From assembly GCA_039189765.1 (NCBI GenBank), contig JBCCYL010000004.1, positions 64,001-128,000 on the forward strand: a DNA stretch of 64,000 nt, in the 5' to 3' direction. This document shows positions 52,929 to 63,764 of this stretch, one piece after another. The first letter of the stretch is position 1. Each line of letters begins with the position of its first letter. The notes beneath the pieces were generated by a model, which had not been told where the DNA came from, searched no databases, and saw only the letters and a program-made list of their open reading frames with translations. Origin of the DNA: Cyanobacteria bacterium P01_F01_bin.150 (GTDB lineage Bacteria > Cyanobacteriota > Cyanobacteriia > CAKZMO01). A program made the translations under genes and the position numbers.

Positions 52929-53918
52929 TCAAGGATTAATAGTCTGGGCAAGCCCAACCTCAGAGCCACTCCACATAGCAGTAAATCTAGTACTCCAGTC
53001 TGGATAGTGAGATACACAAGAACTCTGATTCAAATTATCACGATGGCTATGCATAAAATGCCGCCAGATCAAAGGTAACCGATTAAACCCGATATGACTT
53101 CCTACTAAACCACCTGTTATTCCTGTTATCAAAGGCAATCGTTTGTCCTCTACAGAATGCTCTTGATGAAAAAATACGGTAGAAAGTATCGCTAGCTCAT
53201 AACTTTTAGAGCCATAAAAAAAGGCATCACGTATTGCATGAAGACTGGGATAAGATTGAACATGCGTTGCATCGGTATAGATATTATGCTCTGGCCCTAA
53301 AGATCTCTGCTGTGACGAGTAATCAGCTTGCATTGCCCAGCCAACAGCCTCTCCTATCGTTTTGAATGCAGACCACCATGTTTCTTTTTGGGTGGGTAGG
53401 AGGCACTGTCTAATCGCATATTGTTGTTTTTTCACGTCCTCATAGTAAAAAAGTAAAAGAGGGAACAAGACAAAAATGGCTTCGAGATCAAGCTGAAAAG
53501 GACTTATGCCCATTCCGGACAGCATATTTACATCATCATCATTAGAAGACGATTTATCAATTCTGAACAAAGGAGCATCGGTAACTAAAGAATCTAATAT
53601 TTTGATCACAGAGAGGGGAACGGTGACTGCATCATTGTCATTGCGCCTGTTAAGAGCATAAACAGGCGCAATTGCCACAGTATCTTGTTCCCTAAGGCCA
53701 GCAGCAAACAATTGGGTCAGGACGAATACGTATTGTTCAGAATGCGAATCTTTTTGATCGCAGCCCATTTTATCTCTAGCTAGCCATGACCAATCCAAGT
53801 TGCCTAAATGCAAGGAGTAGCCTAAACGATCGCTTGATACATGGTGTAGGCCTATCCAATAGCCTAGGATTAAACCAGCGATCGCCCCTCTAAACTTGTT
53901 TCGCAATATGAATGACAT
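52929..53918 (-). CDS. Degenerate ADP-ribosylglycohydrolase-like protein
   Basis: N-terminal KFRGAIAGLILG and C-terminal ITGGLVGSHIGFNRLP.W. Acidic metal-binding motifs were not seen. Confidence 0.6.
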   Translation of the reverse strand: MSFILRNKFRGAIAGLILGYWIGLHHVSSDRLGYSLHLGNLDWSWLARDKMGCDQKDSHSEQYVFVLTQLFAAGLREQDTVAIAPVYALNRRNDNDAVTVPLSVIKILDSLVTDAPLFRIDKSSSNDDDVNMLSGMGISPFQLDLEAIFVLFPLLLFYYEDVKKQQYAIRQCLLPTQKETWWSAFKTIGEAVGWAMQADYSSQQRSLGPEHNIYTDATHVQSYPSLHAIRDAFFYGSKSYELAILSTVFFHQEHSVEDKRLPLITGITGGLVGSHIGFNRLPLIWRHFMHSHRDNLNQSSCVSHYPDWSTRFTAMWSGSEVGLAQTINP

Positions 53919-54380
53919 GTTTGATGTGGATTATGGACCATTTTTCCTTCATAGCCCTACAGGCTCAGCTTTGAACATATTCCCCAGCAACGTTAGGGAA
54001 ATATTCCTGTCCAATGCTCAAATATAAAGGCGTAGCGCTATGAGACATTAGTTGGATTGAATTGTTAAATCTTTTCCAGATTGAGATCTTAATTAATGGA
54101 TCATAATTTATATATGCTACACATAGCATTTAATCTTTGATCGATTGTGTGGGTGTGCAGTGCTCATTACTAATATTTTTACTCTACCCAGAGTAAGGAC
54201 TGTTTGCATTAGTTGGGTAATACCCATAAATAATCGCTTCGGTGAGTGTTAAGCTTCTGTGGTGACAAAGGTGGAATGCTATCCCATCACTTACCATTGA
54301 CATTTACTAATACTAAAAAGTATTTGTCAGCAGTATGCGTTGAGATATTGAATGTTGATTGATTTATATCTTTTGTCGGC

Positions 54381-55283
54381 ATGTTTATTAAGCATCGTTC
54401 CGGTACTCTGTTTAGATTTCCAAAGCTGATTCCATGGTTGGGTTTAGTAGTGGGATTATTGACTGTTCTGGCTGGAAGTTGGGTCGGCGGCGCTGCTTCT
54501 GGTGTGCATGCTTCTGAAGTATCGAACCCGTTGGATTCTAAAGCGCTCCCTTCAATAAAGGAATCTCCAGAACTCTTGCCAGTCCCTGCGTCAAACTTCA
54601 TCTTACTTGCCCAGAATCAGACTTCTCCATTACTTCAATTTGGCAGTGAAGGGCCAGACGTTCAGGCTCTGCAAACTCTGTTACAGCTCCTGGGATATTA
54701 CTCGGGCGTTGTAAATGGCAGATATCAAGAGAGTACGGTGACAGCGGTATCAGCTTTTCAAAGCGCTGCGAGTCTGAATGCGGATGGAATTGTAGGTCCC
54801 ACCACATGGGAGCGGCTCCTGCCCTCTATCGCGCAGGTACAGACCATACAAGGTTCTCAGAGTGATGTGGATAGCCCTCTTGGTAATCAGTCTGCAACTC
54901 AATCTGCTAGCTCAGGTATTGGGTCTACTCCCACCGATTCCAATTCATCAGAAGATTCAAATAGCCCATCATCAGTAGAACGTACCGATAGTGCAGTTGG
55001 CAACAGTGCATCGGAGGAGAGGGCTGACTCTACTCCAGCGGCCTCAAGCTCAACAAATGAACCCATCCCAGAGATTAGCCTACCTACATTGAGAATGGGA
55101 ATGCGCGGTCCTGCAGTTCAAAGTTTGCAGGAGCGACTAAGTTCTTTGGGGCTTCTACAGGGGACTATCGATGGAGTTTTTGGTAGCCAAACCGAGGAGT
55201 CGGTTAAATCGGCTCAGCGGTACTTTAACTTAAATCCCGATGGGATTGTTGGGCCAGCTACATGGCGAGTCTTATTGCAATAG
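54381..55283 (+). CDS. Secreted protein with two peptidoglycan-binding (PG_binding_1) domains
   Basis: LQFGSEGPDVQALQ...ADGIVGPTTW and LRMGMRGPAVQSLQ...PDGIVGPATW. Confidence 0.9.
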   Translation: MFIKHRSGTLFRFPKLIPWLGLVVGLLTVLAGSWVGGAASGVHASEVSNPLDSKALPSIKESPELLPVPASNFILLAQNQTSPLLQFGSEGPDVQALQTLLQLLGYYSGVVNGRYQESTVTAVSAFQSAASLNADGIVGPTTWERLLPSIAQVQTIQGSQSDVDSPLGNQSATQSASSGIGSTPTDSNSSEDSNSPSSVERTDSAVGNSASEERADSTPAASSSTNEPIPEISLPTLRMGMRGPAVQSLQERLSSLGLLQGTIDGVFGSQTEESVKSAQRYFNLNPDGIVGPATWRVLLQ

Positions 55284-55337
55284 TTCAAATACTTGATAAA
55301 AGCAAATGTGATCAAGTATTTGAGATTGCGATTGTTT

Positions 55338-55418
55338 GGATTTCGTTTTATGACGAAACCAAATTAGCGTTAGTAGGGGCGTGAAGTGCCCCCACTAATG
55401 CACCTAAAGTTGATCCCC
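55338..55418 (+). mobile_element. MITE family A copy
   Basis: GGATTTCGTTTTATGACGAAAC...TTAGTAGGGGC-GCCCCCACTAA...CCTAAAGTTGATCCCC. TSD degraded. Confidence 0.8.
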
Positions 55419-55685
55419 TGATGATTTTAATATGTTGATTTTGATTAAGACTCTTAGGTCCTGCTATTTTAGCGAACACTTTGGGAATTTTAACTGGGGA
55501 GGCTGAATTTTATGTGGGCGCGAGATATTTCAGGCTAAAATCAACTCTTTTGCTATAACCATACGGAGTTTGGCTTATATCTCAATCTCGTAAAATATTT
55601 TGACCCTGGCAAGAAATTCATTCATCCTTGAGTAGCATGTCTGCTCAACTTATATGATTTGAGTACACCAAGCTTTTAGCCCACC

Positions 55686-57584
55686 ATGATTTTATTTCCC
55701 CGTTCTTCCATGTTCCTTAAAACCTTGCCACTCCTAATGATGGCTGGGGTGATTGGAGATATTGGGATTTCACAAATAGCGATCGCCCAGCCTATCTCTA
55801 GTACGGTAGCGTCTGAGGCTGTGGATCTTGATGCGCCTGGGGCTAGTTTCTCATCTTTTACGCCATTATCTGAACCCCCATCTTCACAGCCTTTGCCGGA
55901 ACCGGAAGTTCCTCAAACATCTCAAGTTCCTCAATTGAATCCTCCTTTGGATGAGCCACCCTCGTCTCAGCCATTGCCAGAGCCAGAGGCTCCTCAGGTA
56001 CCACAGCCACTACCTCAGTTACCTCCGCCAGAAGAACTTTTGCGATCGCCAAGCAATGACGATTTAGATCTGCCCAATGATGTTCCCGACCGAATATTTA
56101 TTGAACGCTTTGATGTTCAGGGCAGCACCGTATTTAGTGCAGAAGAACTATCAGAGGTAACAGAAGAGTTTACTGGACGGGATTTGTCGTTTGCTGAATT
56201 GTTACAGGCTCGCTCTGCGATTACCCAACTCTATGTGGAGAATGGGTATGTTACGTCTGGAGCTTTTATTCCGCCGCAGACGTTAGATGGGAATGTTGTG
56301 GTCATTGAAGTTTTGGAAGGTCGGTTAGACGAAGTCAAGGTAGAGGTTGATGGTCGACTTCGCTCTCGATATATTCGCAACCGTTTAGAATTAGCTGGCC
56401 GGTCTCCTCTTAATGCAAATGAGCTGTTGGAAGGGCTTCAGCTTTTGCAGCTTAATCCCCTTGTCGATACCATTTCAGCCGAATTGGCCGCAGGTGTTCA
56501 ACCGGGGACTAGTATTTTGGATGTGGAGGTCAAGGAGGCGGATACATTTGACGTCAACCTGTTGCTGAATAATGGGCGATCGCCCAGTGTAGGGAGTTTC
56601 CGGCGTCAGCTCCAGATCACAGAACAAAACCTGACTGGATTAGGAGATCTAATTTCTGTTGGATATAGCAATACCGATGGCAGTGATACATTTGACTTAA
56701 ACTATACGCTGCCCGTCAATCCTCGTAACGGAACAGTGAACTTTAGTGTAGGAACAACCAATAGTGAAGTTATTGAGGATCCCTTTGATACTCTTAATAT
56801 CCAGTCTGAATCACGTTACTACGAGTTGACCTACCGCCAACCCATTTATCAAACTCCGTCGAACGAGTTTGCCTTAAGCTTGACCGCATCCCGCCGTGAG
56901 AGTAAGAGTGAATTCTTAGAAGGCGTCATTGAAGATGGCCCCGAGCCGTTTCCTTCATTGGGTGCGGATAGTGATGGTCGTACTAGGATTTCGGCCCTTC
57001 GATTTGCCCAGGAATGGACTCAACAAGGTAGTCAACAGGTGATCGCGGCACGATCTCAATTTAGTCTGGGCTTGAATGCGTTTGAGTCCACGATTAATGA
57101 TGATGCTCCTGACAGTGAGTTTTTTGCTTGGCGAGGTCAGGCCCAGTGGGTTCGACTACTAGCACGCGATACGCTCCTGCTCCTGCGGTCTGATGTTCAG
57201 TTGGCGGACGGTAGCTTGGTGCCATTGGAGCAGTTTGGGTTAGGAGGACAACAAACGGTGAGGGGGTATCGCCAGGACGAACTTCTAACCGATAATGGAA
57301 TTCTCTTTTCTGGCGAGGTCCGCATTCCTGTATTACGGGTCCGAGATTGGGATGGATTGTTACAAGTCACTCCTTTCTTTGATGTAGGTAAAGGCTGGAA
57401 TCTAGACGCAACAGACCCAGACCCTAGCACTTTGGCTTCTGTAGGATTGGGTTTACGCTGGACGATGGGCGACAGCCTTACTGCTCGATTTGACTGGGGT
57501 ATTCCTCTAATTGATGTAGATAATGACGGAGATACTCTTCAGGAAGATGGCATATATTTCTCCATCAACTTTAGCCCATTCTAG
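55686..57584 (+). CDS. ShlB/FhaC/HecB (TpsB) outer-membrane transporter
   Basis: POTRA region (ITQLYVENGYVTSGA), VRGY motif, C-terminal Phe and a Pro-rich N-terminus. Confidence 0.92.
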   Translation: MILFPRSSMFLKTLPLLMMAGVIGDIGISQIAIAQPISSTVASEAVDLDAPGASFSSFTPLSEPPSSQPLPEPEVPQTSQVPQLNPPLDEPPSSQPLPEPEAPQVPQPLPQLPPPEELLRSPSNDDLDLPNDVPDRIFIERFDVQGSTVFSAEELSEVTEEFTGRDLSFAELLQARSAITQLYVENGYVTSGAFIPPQTLDGNVVVIEVLEGRLDEVKVEVDGRLRSRYIRNRLELAGRSPLNANELLEGLQLLQLNPLVDTISAELAAGVQPGTSILDVEVKEADTFDVNLLLNNGRSPSVGSFRRQLQITEQNLTGLGDLISVGYSNTDGSDTFDLNYTLPVNPRNGTVNFSVGTTNSEVIEDPFDTLNIQSESRYYELTYRQPIYQTPSNEFALSLTASRRESKSEFLEGVIEDGPEPFPSLGADSDGRTRISALRFAQEWTQQGSQQVIAARSQFSLGLNAFESTINDDAPDSEFFAWRGQAQWVRLLARDTLLLLRSDVQLADGSLVPLEQFGLGGQQTVRGYRQDELLTDNGILFSGEVRIPVLRVRDWDGLLQVTPFFDVGKGWNLDATDPDPSTLASVGLGLRWTMGDSLTARFDWGIPLIDVDNDGDTLQEDGIYFSINFSPF

Positions 57585-57588
57585 GAAA

Positions 57589-57662
57589 GCTTATTAAAGC
57601 TGGAACGAACTCAATGGTGTTGTGGGGCGCGGAGCGCCCCACCACCGCCCTAAAATATAAGC
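57589..57662 (+). mobile_element. MITE family A variant (GCTTAT...ATAAGC ends) with perfect 8-bp TSD
   Basis: CTAGGAAA at 57581-57588 and 57663-57670. Hairpin GTGGGGCGC-GGA-GCGCCCCAC. Confidence 0.8.
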
Positions 57663-57682
57663 CTAGGAAAAGGATAAATCCA

Positions 57683-57973
57683 ATGGCTAATACGCCCAAC
57701 CAAGAGCAGCTACATCCGCAATACGCAAAAGATCGCCAAATCACGACAACTCTACTTAATGGAGCTGCGGACGATTACAACTTGGCAGAATGCGCTCGTT
57801 TGCGCATTCGTTACCAGGATTTTCCCGGTGCAAGTGATATTCGTGCTGATCTAGATAAAGCCCTTCAAAATTGGGGGCTGACAGAGGAAAATTTATTTGC
57901 TAAGACCCGGCAAATCCACCAGTCCCCAGAAGTCTATCGCAACGTCCGCGCTCGTCGGGACGATTGGAGCTAG
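57683..57973 (+). CDS. DUF3288 family protein
   Basis: QLHPQYAKDR, NLAECARLRIRYQDFPGA, WGLTEE and DDWS motifs. The track start at 57614 lies inside the MITE. Confidence 0.85.
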   Translation: MANTPNQEQLHPQYAKDRQITTTLLNGAADDYNLAECARLRIRYQDFPGASDIRADLDKALQNWGLTEENLFAKTRQIHQSPEVYRNVRARRDDWS

Positions 57974-57990
57974 AAAAATCCTGTAAGTAG

Positions 57991-59700
57991 TTAAGGTTTG
58001 TTTAGATGTTGGGCGATGCGTCGGATTAAGACCCATTCTCCTTCTTTGCCTATAGTATCCATGTGTTTTAGGTTTAGGAACTCTAAGGTTTCTTGATTGA
58101 TCAATAGCAGAAGGGAGGGATCTTTGTCCCACCGTTTTTGAATTCTTTTTGGTCCCGCTGGTTGGACATTGTACCCACTATAAAAGTCTAAGGAAGGACG
58201 GTTATAGGGATGAGAGGTCAAAATGTGGAGATTAGCTTTTGAGGGTTCAACAGAGTTTCGAATCATACTAGCAATCGGTTTAACTTCATAATCTTCCCCC
58301 AACTCCCAATTCCAATGATGAGATGTCACAAAAATTAGTAGGCAACAGTAAAATCCCCACAACATAACACTAATAAATTGACGATCGCGCCGTCTTAGCA
58401 AGACTGCCGCGATCGCCATCGTCAGACCAAGTGTTCCTAAAGCAAGGGATAGGGACCAATCAGGCATTCTTGGAGTAGCCAAATCGTTATTCAGATATCC
58501 GCTAAAATAGCCAGCACCAGCCAATCCGATAAAGGCCAGTAGAATTAAGTTGCTTAGCAATATCCATTGATAAATCCTGGAAGGAGTAAGGGTGGGTGAG
58601 AGGCCAGATATGGTTTGCCAAATTCGCTGCAATTCCAGACCAATGATTAATGAAAAAACTGGATAAAAGGGCATTATGTACCAGGGTAACTTTGTTCCCA
58701 TCATTGAAATTAAGCCAAAATATCCGACTCCCCACACCATAATCAATTTGGCCCAGCTGTGAGCTCGATTATTCCACACAACCACTGTGCCCATCGGAAA
58801 AAATAGCAACCATGGCCAACTATATTTCAATAGTTCAACCCCGTAATACCATGGTGGACCACTATGTTGCTCGACTACCTGGGCAACGCGATCTAGTGAT
58901 TGCTTTAAGAAATGGGTATCCCAGAAGATAGAACCATAGTGCAATCCTTGTGCTGCATACCATAACAACCCAGGGACAAAGCCCAGCAAAATGCCTCCCC
59001 ACCAGGGCGGTGCTCGCAGTAAGCGGGGAGTATCCCATCCAATAAAAACCAAGGCGATCACCATCAGGGGAATGGCAATAATTCCTTTGGTAAGGATTAG
59101 GACACTCAAACTTAGGCCAATACCCAACGCCCATGAGAAAGAACGGCGCGATCGCAAGCTACAAAGCAGTAGGCTTAAAAACGCACAGAGGACCATCCCA
59201 TCCAGCATGGCTAGCCGTCCATGACGCACCACAGGTAAAAGAGTTAAGTAGATACTGGCTGAAAAAAAGGCGGTTAGGCGTAGCGGAAACATCTCGCGCC
59301 CTAAGCGATAAAGGAAAAACACCGAAAGGGCAGTGGCCAAAGCTCCTGGTAAGCGTGCGGTCCATTCATTGATACCACCAATTGAGTAGGCGATCGCCAC
59401 CCACCAGTGAACAAAAGGAGGCTTATTAAAGTAAGGCTGTCCGTGCAATGTTGGATGTAGCCACGCATTGTCTCTAAACGATGCAGAAGCGATCTCTTTC
59501 GATACCTGGGCAACTAATCCTTCATCCCAATCCCGTAGAGCGACATCTCCTAAGCCCAAGGTAAAAATAAGAACAGCAGCCACCAGCAGACTCAACCCAA
59601 TCAAACTATCTGACCATCGATCAATTGTTCTTAGCACTTTTACCATAGCTGCCAGCATGTCTATCTTAGGAGGGACATCCCTCAAAGAGTTTTTCCTCAC
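57991..59700 (-). CDS. ArnT/GT39-like membrane glycosyltransferase
   Basis: LRDWDEG, YFNKPP, ARLP, LAMLD, LTKG and TKLPWY motifs with many TM helices. Confidence 0.9.
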   Translation of the reverse strand: MRKNSLRDVPPKIDMLAAMVKVLRTIDRWSDSLIGLSLLVAAVLIFTLGLGDVALRDWDEGLVAQVSKEIASASFRDNAWLHPTLHGQPYFNKPPFVHWWVAIAYSIGGINEWTARLPGALATALSVFFLYRLGREMFPLRLTAFFSASIYLTLLPVVRHGRLAMLDGMVLCAFLSLLLCSLRSRRSFSWALGIGLSLSVLILTKGIIAIPLMVIALVFIGWDTPRLLRAPPWWGGILLGFVPGLLWYAAQGLHYGSIFWDTHFLKQSLDRVAQVVEQHSGPPWYYGVELLKYSWPWLLFFPMGTVVVWNNRAHSWAKLIMVWGVGYFGLISMMGTKLPWYIMPFYPVFSLIIGLELQRIWQTISGLSPTLTPSRIYQWILLSNLILLAFIGLAGAGYFSGYLNNDLATPRMPDWSLSLALGTLGLTMAIAAVLLRRRDRQFISVMLWGFYCCLLIFVTSHHWNWELGEDYEVKPIASMIRNSVEPSKANLHILTSHPYNRPSLDFYSGYNVQPAGPKRIQKRWDKDPSLLLLINQETLEFLNLKHMDTIGKEGEWVLIRRIAQHLNKP

Positions 59701-59708
59701 CTATTTTC

Positions 59709-59781
59709 AAGTATCAACTTTAGGTGGGGTAGTGTGTAGCGCGAAGCGCCCCACATTTGGTTTCTCCATAAAACGAAACCT
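59709..59781 (-). mobile_element. MITE family A copy (internally shortened)
   Basis: AAGTATCAACTTTAGG...GCGCGAAGCGCCCCAC...TAAAACGAAACCT. Flanks ctattttc/ctatttcc. Confidence 0.85.
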
Positions 59782-59801
59782 CTATTTCCTTTTATGGAGT
59801 A

Positions 59802-60506
59802 TTACCAAAGACGGACAGAGGTAATCGCGATATTTCCCGAAAAACATACATCCACATCAGCACCTTTATCGCGTGGCCGCTGATCATATCGGCCGATAAA
59901 ACACAAGCTCTCTCCATCAACACGATGCTCTATCGGAAGGGGCTGAGTACATAGAGGGCATTCTATAATATCTGGCTCATCGTTGAACTCAGCGCTGTCT
60001 TCTGGCCGAGAAGGTAAATTAACATTCCAAAATGTTCCATCTGGAATGGGGGTTGCCAGCAGTTTATCCAGTACTCGAGCCGTTAGACGACTGGCTCGTT
60101 CCCAGTCAATGGGTTGCTGATTTCGTATGTAATGGGAAATAGCAATGCCAGGAATCCGATGCAAGACAGCTTCTCGCACAGCAGCCACTGTTCCTGACAC
60201 ATACACATCTGCTCCTAGATTTCCGCCAGCATTGATGCCTGACAGAACTAATGACGTGCTGGTCGCAAGATGGGCCAACGCGATACGGGTACAGTCGGCT
60301 GGGGTACCATCTACCGCAAAGGCACGAGAAGAGCGAGGAGTAATCGTCAAAGCCCCGCCTCGGGTCAATTGATGGCTACAGCCCGATGCTTGGCCTTTAG
60401 GAGCAACCATATACACATTAGATTTTCCTGATTGCTCTACTGCCTGCTGTAAAGCGTAAATGCCTGGCGCATCAATACCATCATCATTAGTAAGTAACAG
60501 AGTCAT
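59802..60506 (-). CDS. surE: 5'/3'-nucleotidase SurE
   Basis: LTNDDGIDAPG, GTPADC, SGINAGGN and SGTVAA motifs. Confidence 0.95.
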   Translation of the reverse strand: MTLLLTNDDGIDAPGIYALQQAVEQSGKSNVYMVAPKGQASGCSHQLTRGGALTITPRSSRAFAVDGTPADCTRIALAHLATSTSLVLSGINAGGNLGADVYVSGTVAAVREAVLHRIPGIAISHYIRNQQPIDWERASRLTARVLDKLLATPIPDGTFWNVNLPSRPEDSAEFNDEPDIIECPLCTQPLPIEHRVDGESLCFIGRYDQRPRDKGADVDVCFSGNIAITSVRLW

Positions 60507-60774
60507 ACAGTGGTATTTCTCAAAACAGTATTTCGACAGTATTGTATCCAAATTAAAACTTAAAGTAAGGCAGCTTATTGTCTACCCTAAATCAGAATAA
60601 TCTAAAACTTACATATTTTGTAAGCTTTAGAGGATGTTTGGTTCAACCTGTAGATCAAATAACTAGTTAATTAATCCCTATTAACATATACGAGAAGAGG
60701 ATTAGATCACTTCTCCACGAAGCCATTACCTATGAGCTATCACACAGCAGAGATGTGAAAAGTAAAATATTCGT

Positions 60775-62448
60775 TTACTTTAACAGCTTGAAAATCATCT
60801 TCAGCAATTGAGTTTGATTAAAAGGTTTGGTGAGATATCCGGATGCTTTTACCAATCGAGCTTTAGCGCGATCAATTAGGCCCTTGCTACCTGTAACCAT
60901 GATAATGGGTGTATTTCGGAAATCAGGACGACTCCTTAACAACGCACACAGCTCATAACCATCCAAGTTTGGCATTGTGATATCAAGCAAAATGATGTCT
61001 GGCTTAGCACGCATTAGTTCCATCAGTGCCCGTACTGGATCGTTAATCTTAATAACAGCAAAGCTCTTATCTTCTAAAAATGCCTCAATCATATGCAAAA
61101 TCATAGGGCTATCGTCAATGCAAGCAACCTTATACCTCTTCTCTCCCTGAGGTTTAGAAGAGCCTGGGGAAGAAACTCTGCCAGAAGACGGGTATCCTAC
61201 AGATGGACGAAATACATCTTTTGCTGCTGATGAACGCTGGTTAATTTCTGGTTTATCTTTATCACGGTATAAAGGAGGGTTTTGGGGAATCTTTACAGAA
61301 GGTTCCCTCAGTAGATTAGACTTACTGCCAAGATTAGGAGATGGGGTCTTCTTCTCAGAAGGTGAGCGTAACCCATTACGAGTTTGAGAAGACAATGGAG
61401 GTGGTGAACCAGTTGGAATGGAACCTCTTTGATCTGATGCAGCCATTCCCAGATTGCGAAAATCAAAGGACTGGGTTGCAGAGGCCCTGAATTGGCTTGG
61501 CGATGAGTTCTTAGGCACAGCAGATTGCTGCGATAGATTATTCGAAAAGATCGAGTCGGTTTGACGGTTTTCTGGAGCTGAAAATGAGCGTTCTGAGGGA
61601 CGAAACAGACCTGAGGGACTAGATTTTTCAAATGGTAAGTTTTCAGACTTACCAAGTTCTAAAGGCTTCTCAGCTTTCTCCCTTTCAGCAAAGAGATTAT
61701 TCACGGAAGAGCTAGTTTCACCCTGAGTTGTACCCTCCACATTCAGCGAACGCTCTGGAGTTCCATTAGAAATAGGGGAAATGTGTGAAGGCGAGCGGGA
61801 TAACTCAGCACTTCTTTGCGCAACAAAATCAGAACCTTTAGCTACAGCACCAGAGTCACCAGATTTCAACAGATCTCTCGTTGATGTGTGATGGCTGCTT
61901 TGGCGAACGCTTCCCTGGCGTAGCTGTTTTTGACAGCTCTCAACTAGTGGCCTGAGTTCCAGTATGCAAAGTAGGGGAGAACCCATAAGTTCTGGGCAAT
62001 CAACCATTTCATGAACGCCAGCACGAACCTGCAAAAAAGTTTCAAATACTTCCTTAGCAATTCCAACTAATAAGATGGTAGCTTGAGAAACAGTTATGTA
62101 CCCTTTATCAGCTAACCATCGGATTGCCATATAATCTGGTGGATTCAACCATTCAATATCCTGTTCTTGAACAGTATTAAATAATTGATGTACCTGGCTG
62201 CGAACAGTTGCTTCCAAATTACATGCATCTTGATTCATTTGCCTTAGATGACGTTCAAGTCTCTCAAAGGGGGCGACTGAATTGGACGCATGAACAAGCT
62301 CTCCATTATTTAGATAAATCCACCAAGATGTAGAACCATCAGATACCTTTAGACAACCATTAGCCTTGCGACTACTCATTTGAGCCAGTAAGCTCAAGGG
62401 GTGAATACGCTGAGAGGCTCTGTAGTTATCAATAGAAGTAATACTCAT
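60775..62448 (-). CDS. PatA-family response regulator (PATAN domain, long low-complexity linker, REC domain)
   Basis: N-terminal GCLKVS...WWIYLNNGELVHAS, and C-terminal VACIDDSP, LDITMP, DGYELC, YLTKPF. Confidence 0.88.
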   Translation of the reverse strand: MSITSIDNYRASQRIHPLSLLAQMSSRKANGCLKVSDGSTSWWIYLNNGELVHASNSVAPFERLERHLRQMNQDACNLEATVRSQVHQLFNTVQEQDIEWLNPPDYMAIRWLADKGYITVSQATILLVGIAKEVFETFLQVRAGVHEMVDCPELMGSPLLCILELRPLVESCQKQLRQGSVRQSSHHTSTRDLLKSGDSGAVAKGSDFVAQRSAELSRSPSHISPISNGTPERSLNVEGTTQGETSSSVNNLFAEREKAEKPLELGKSENLPFEKSSPSGLFRPSERSFSAPENRQTDSIFSNNLSQQSAVPKNSSPSQFRASATQSFDFRNLGMAASDQRGSIPTGSPPPLSSQTRNGLRSPSEKKTPSPNLGSKSNLLREPSVKIPQNPPLYRDKDKPEINQRSSAAKDVFRPSVGYPSSGRVSSPGSSKPQGEKRYKVACIDDSPMILHMIEAFLEDKSFAVIKINDPVRALMELMRAKPDIILLDITMPNLDGYELCALLRSRPDFRNTPIIMVTGSKGLIDRAKARLVKASGYLTKPFNQTQLLKMIFKLLK

Positions 62449-63161
62449 TATCTTGCCATACCTAAATATTTAGTAGCTCGTTTTTAATACCTAAGTATTC
62501 CTGCACGAGGAATATACATCAACCGATGGTCAGTATTGCTGCCATCTGATCAAGATTGCTTGCTCGAATGTCACCGATTGGCCAGTCATAATCATAAAAA
62601 CTCTTTTAGCTGTATATCGATTCGTATCAGTCCAACAACATTGACATACAAAATCAAGAAAATTAATTTAGTCTTAAATAATATATTATCTCACCAACAC
62701 TGTGAATAACTAGACCCTGAATAGTTCTGATAATACCTTATGACTCATTAAAGCCTAACATTGCAATGTACAAAATACTGCGCTGTGCGGGTAAAGAGAT
62801 GGTGAAGCTCTATCATTTATGAGAAGAGACTTTGAGGCGCACGGACAATCTCTTTTACTTAACTCCTCATAACTTAGCGATTCGACCCCGATGCCTCCAA
62901 GCCAAGCAGATCATCATAAATTTAATGTAGTGGTGCAAACTTAGACAATCTTGTAGGCCATGCTGAGAGGCATAGACGTTAGGCATAGGCGTCATCGGTC
63001 ACCACCTCAAAAAAACATAAAGTAAAGAGGGGTTCTGAATGTACAATTGGTAATACAAATAGGTTTCTTCTCCATACATTAAGAGTTCTCTACCTGAAAA
63101 CGACGAGCAGCATACAATAGCTTCACACTGCTCTCTACTAATACATTGCGTTCCTAATGCA

Positions 63162-63241
63162 GGGTAGCAACTTTAGGCGGGTAGTGGGGGCGTGTCGCGC
63201 CCACTACCGTTGTTCTTGCTTTCGCCTTAATAACGAAACCC
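63162..63241 (-). mobile_element. MITE family A copy
   Basis: GGGTAGCAACTTTAGGCGGGTAGTGGG...CCCACTACC...CGCCTTAATAACGAAACCC. Flanks ctaatgca/ctaatgaa. Confidence 0.88.
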
Positions 63242-63734
63242 CTAATGAATAAGGAAAATAGCTATTTAAAGCTTTTCATGACATTCATTGAATTTTGGTA
63301 ACTATCTGGGCAGGATTGCTTTTGACCGAGGCTACTATTAGAGATAGGCACTGACATATTAAGAACGCTTACGAAAAAGCGTATATTCCGTAGCTTTGAC
63401 TGGAACCCGTGCCTCCTGTTCTGGTCAACTCAGCGTTATGATATTCGATGAAGGTGATGGCCCTAAGTGTATACTGGACAGAAAATGAGCTGAGTTTTTC
63501 TGTTTAAGGTTTAGTCTTTCGGTCTTACTCAGTTGATATTCAAACCCCTTCAGATGGATGCCTAGCCTCTCTATTCTCCTATCAATGAGGTTTATTGGCA
63601 TTTTATCTTTTTGATATCAATGCTGTGAACTTTGTAAACCCTTAGTAAATGTCTTAAATTGTCTTCGTTCTGTAATAGTTTAGTTAGTTCGACCGAGCAA
63701 ATTCAGTTAGTTTCGATAGATAGTTAGGTTATTT

Positions 63735-63764
63735 AAGGTCTAGTGCTTTAGGGCACTAGACCTT
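63735..63764. other. Perfect 12-bp-stem hairpin
   Basis: AAGGTCTAGTGC-TTTAGG-GCACTAGACCTT. Confidence 0.5.

Noticed and set aside
57614..57682. N-terminal extension of the DUF3288 protein given by the ORF track
   Set aside because: The ATG lies inside the MITE. ATG 57683 has an AGGA upstream and fits the family start.
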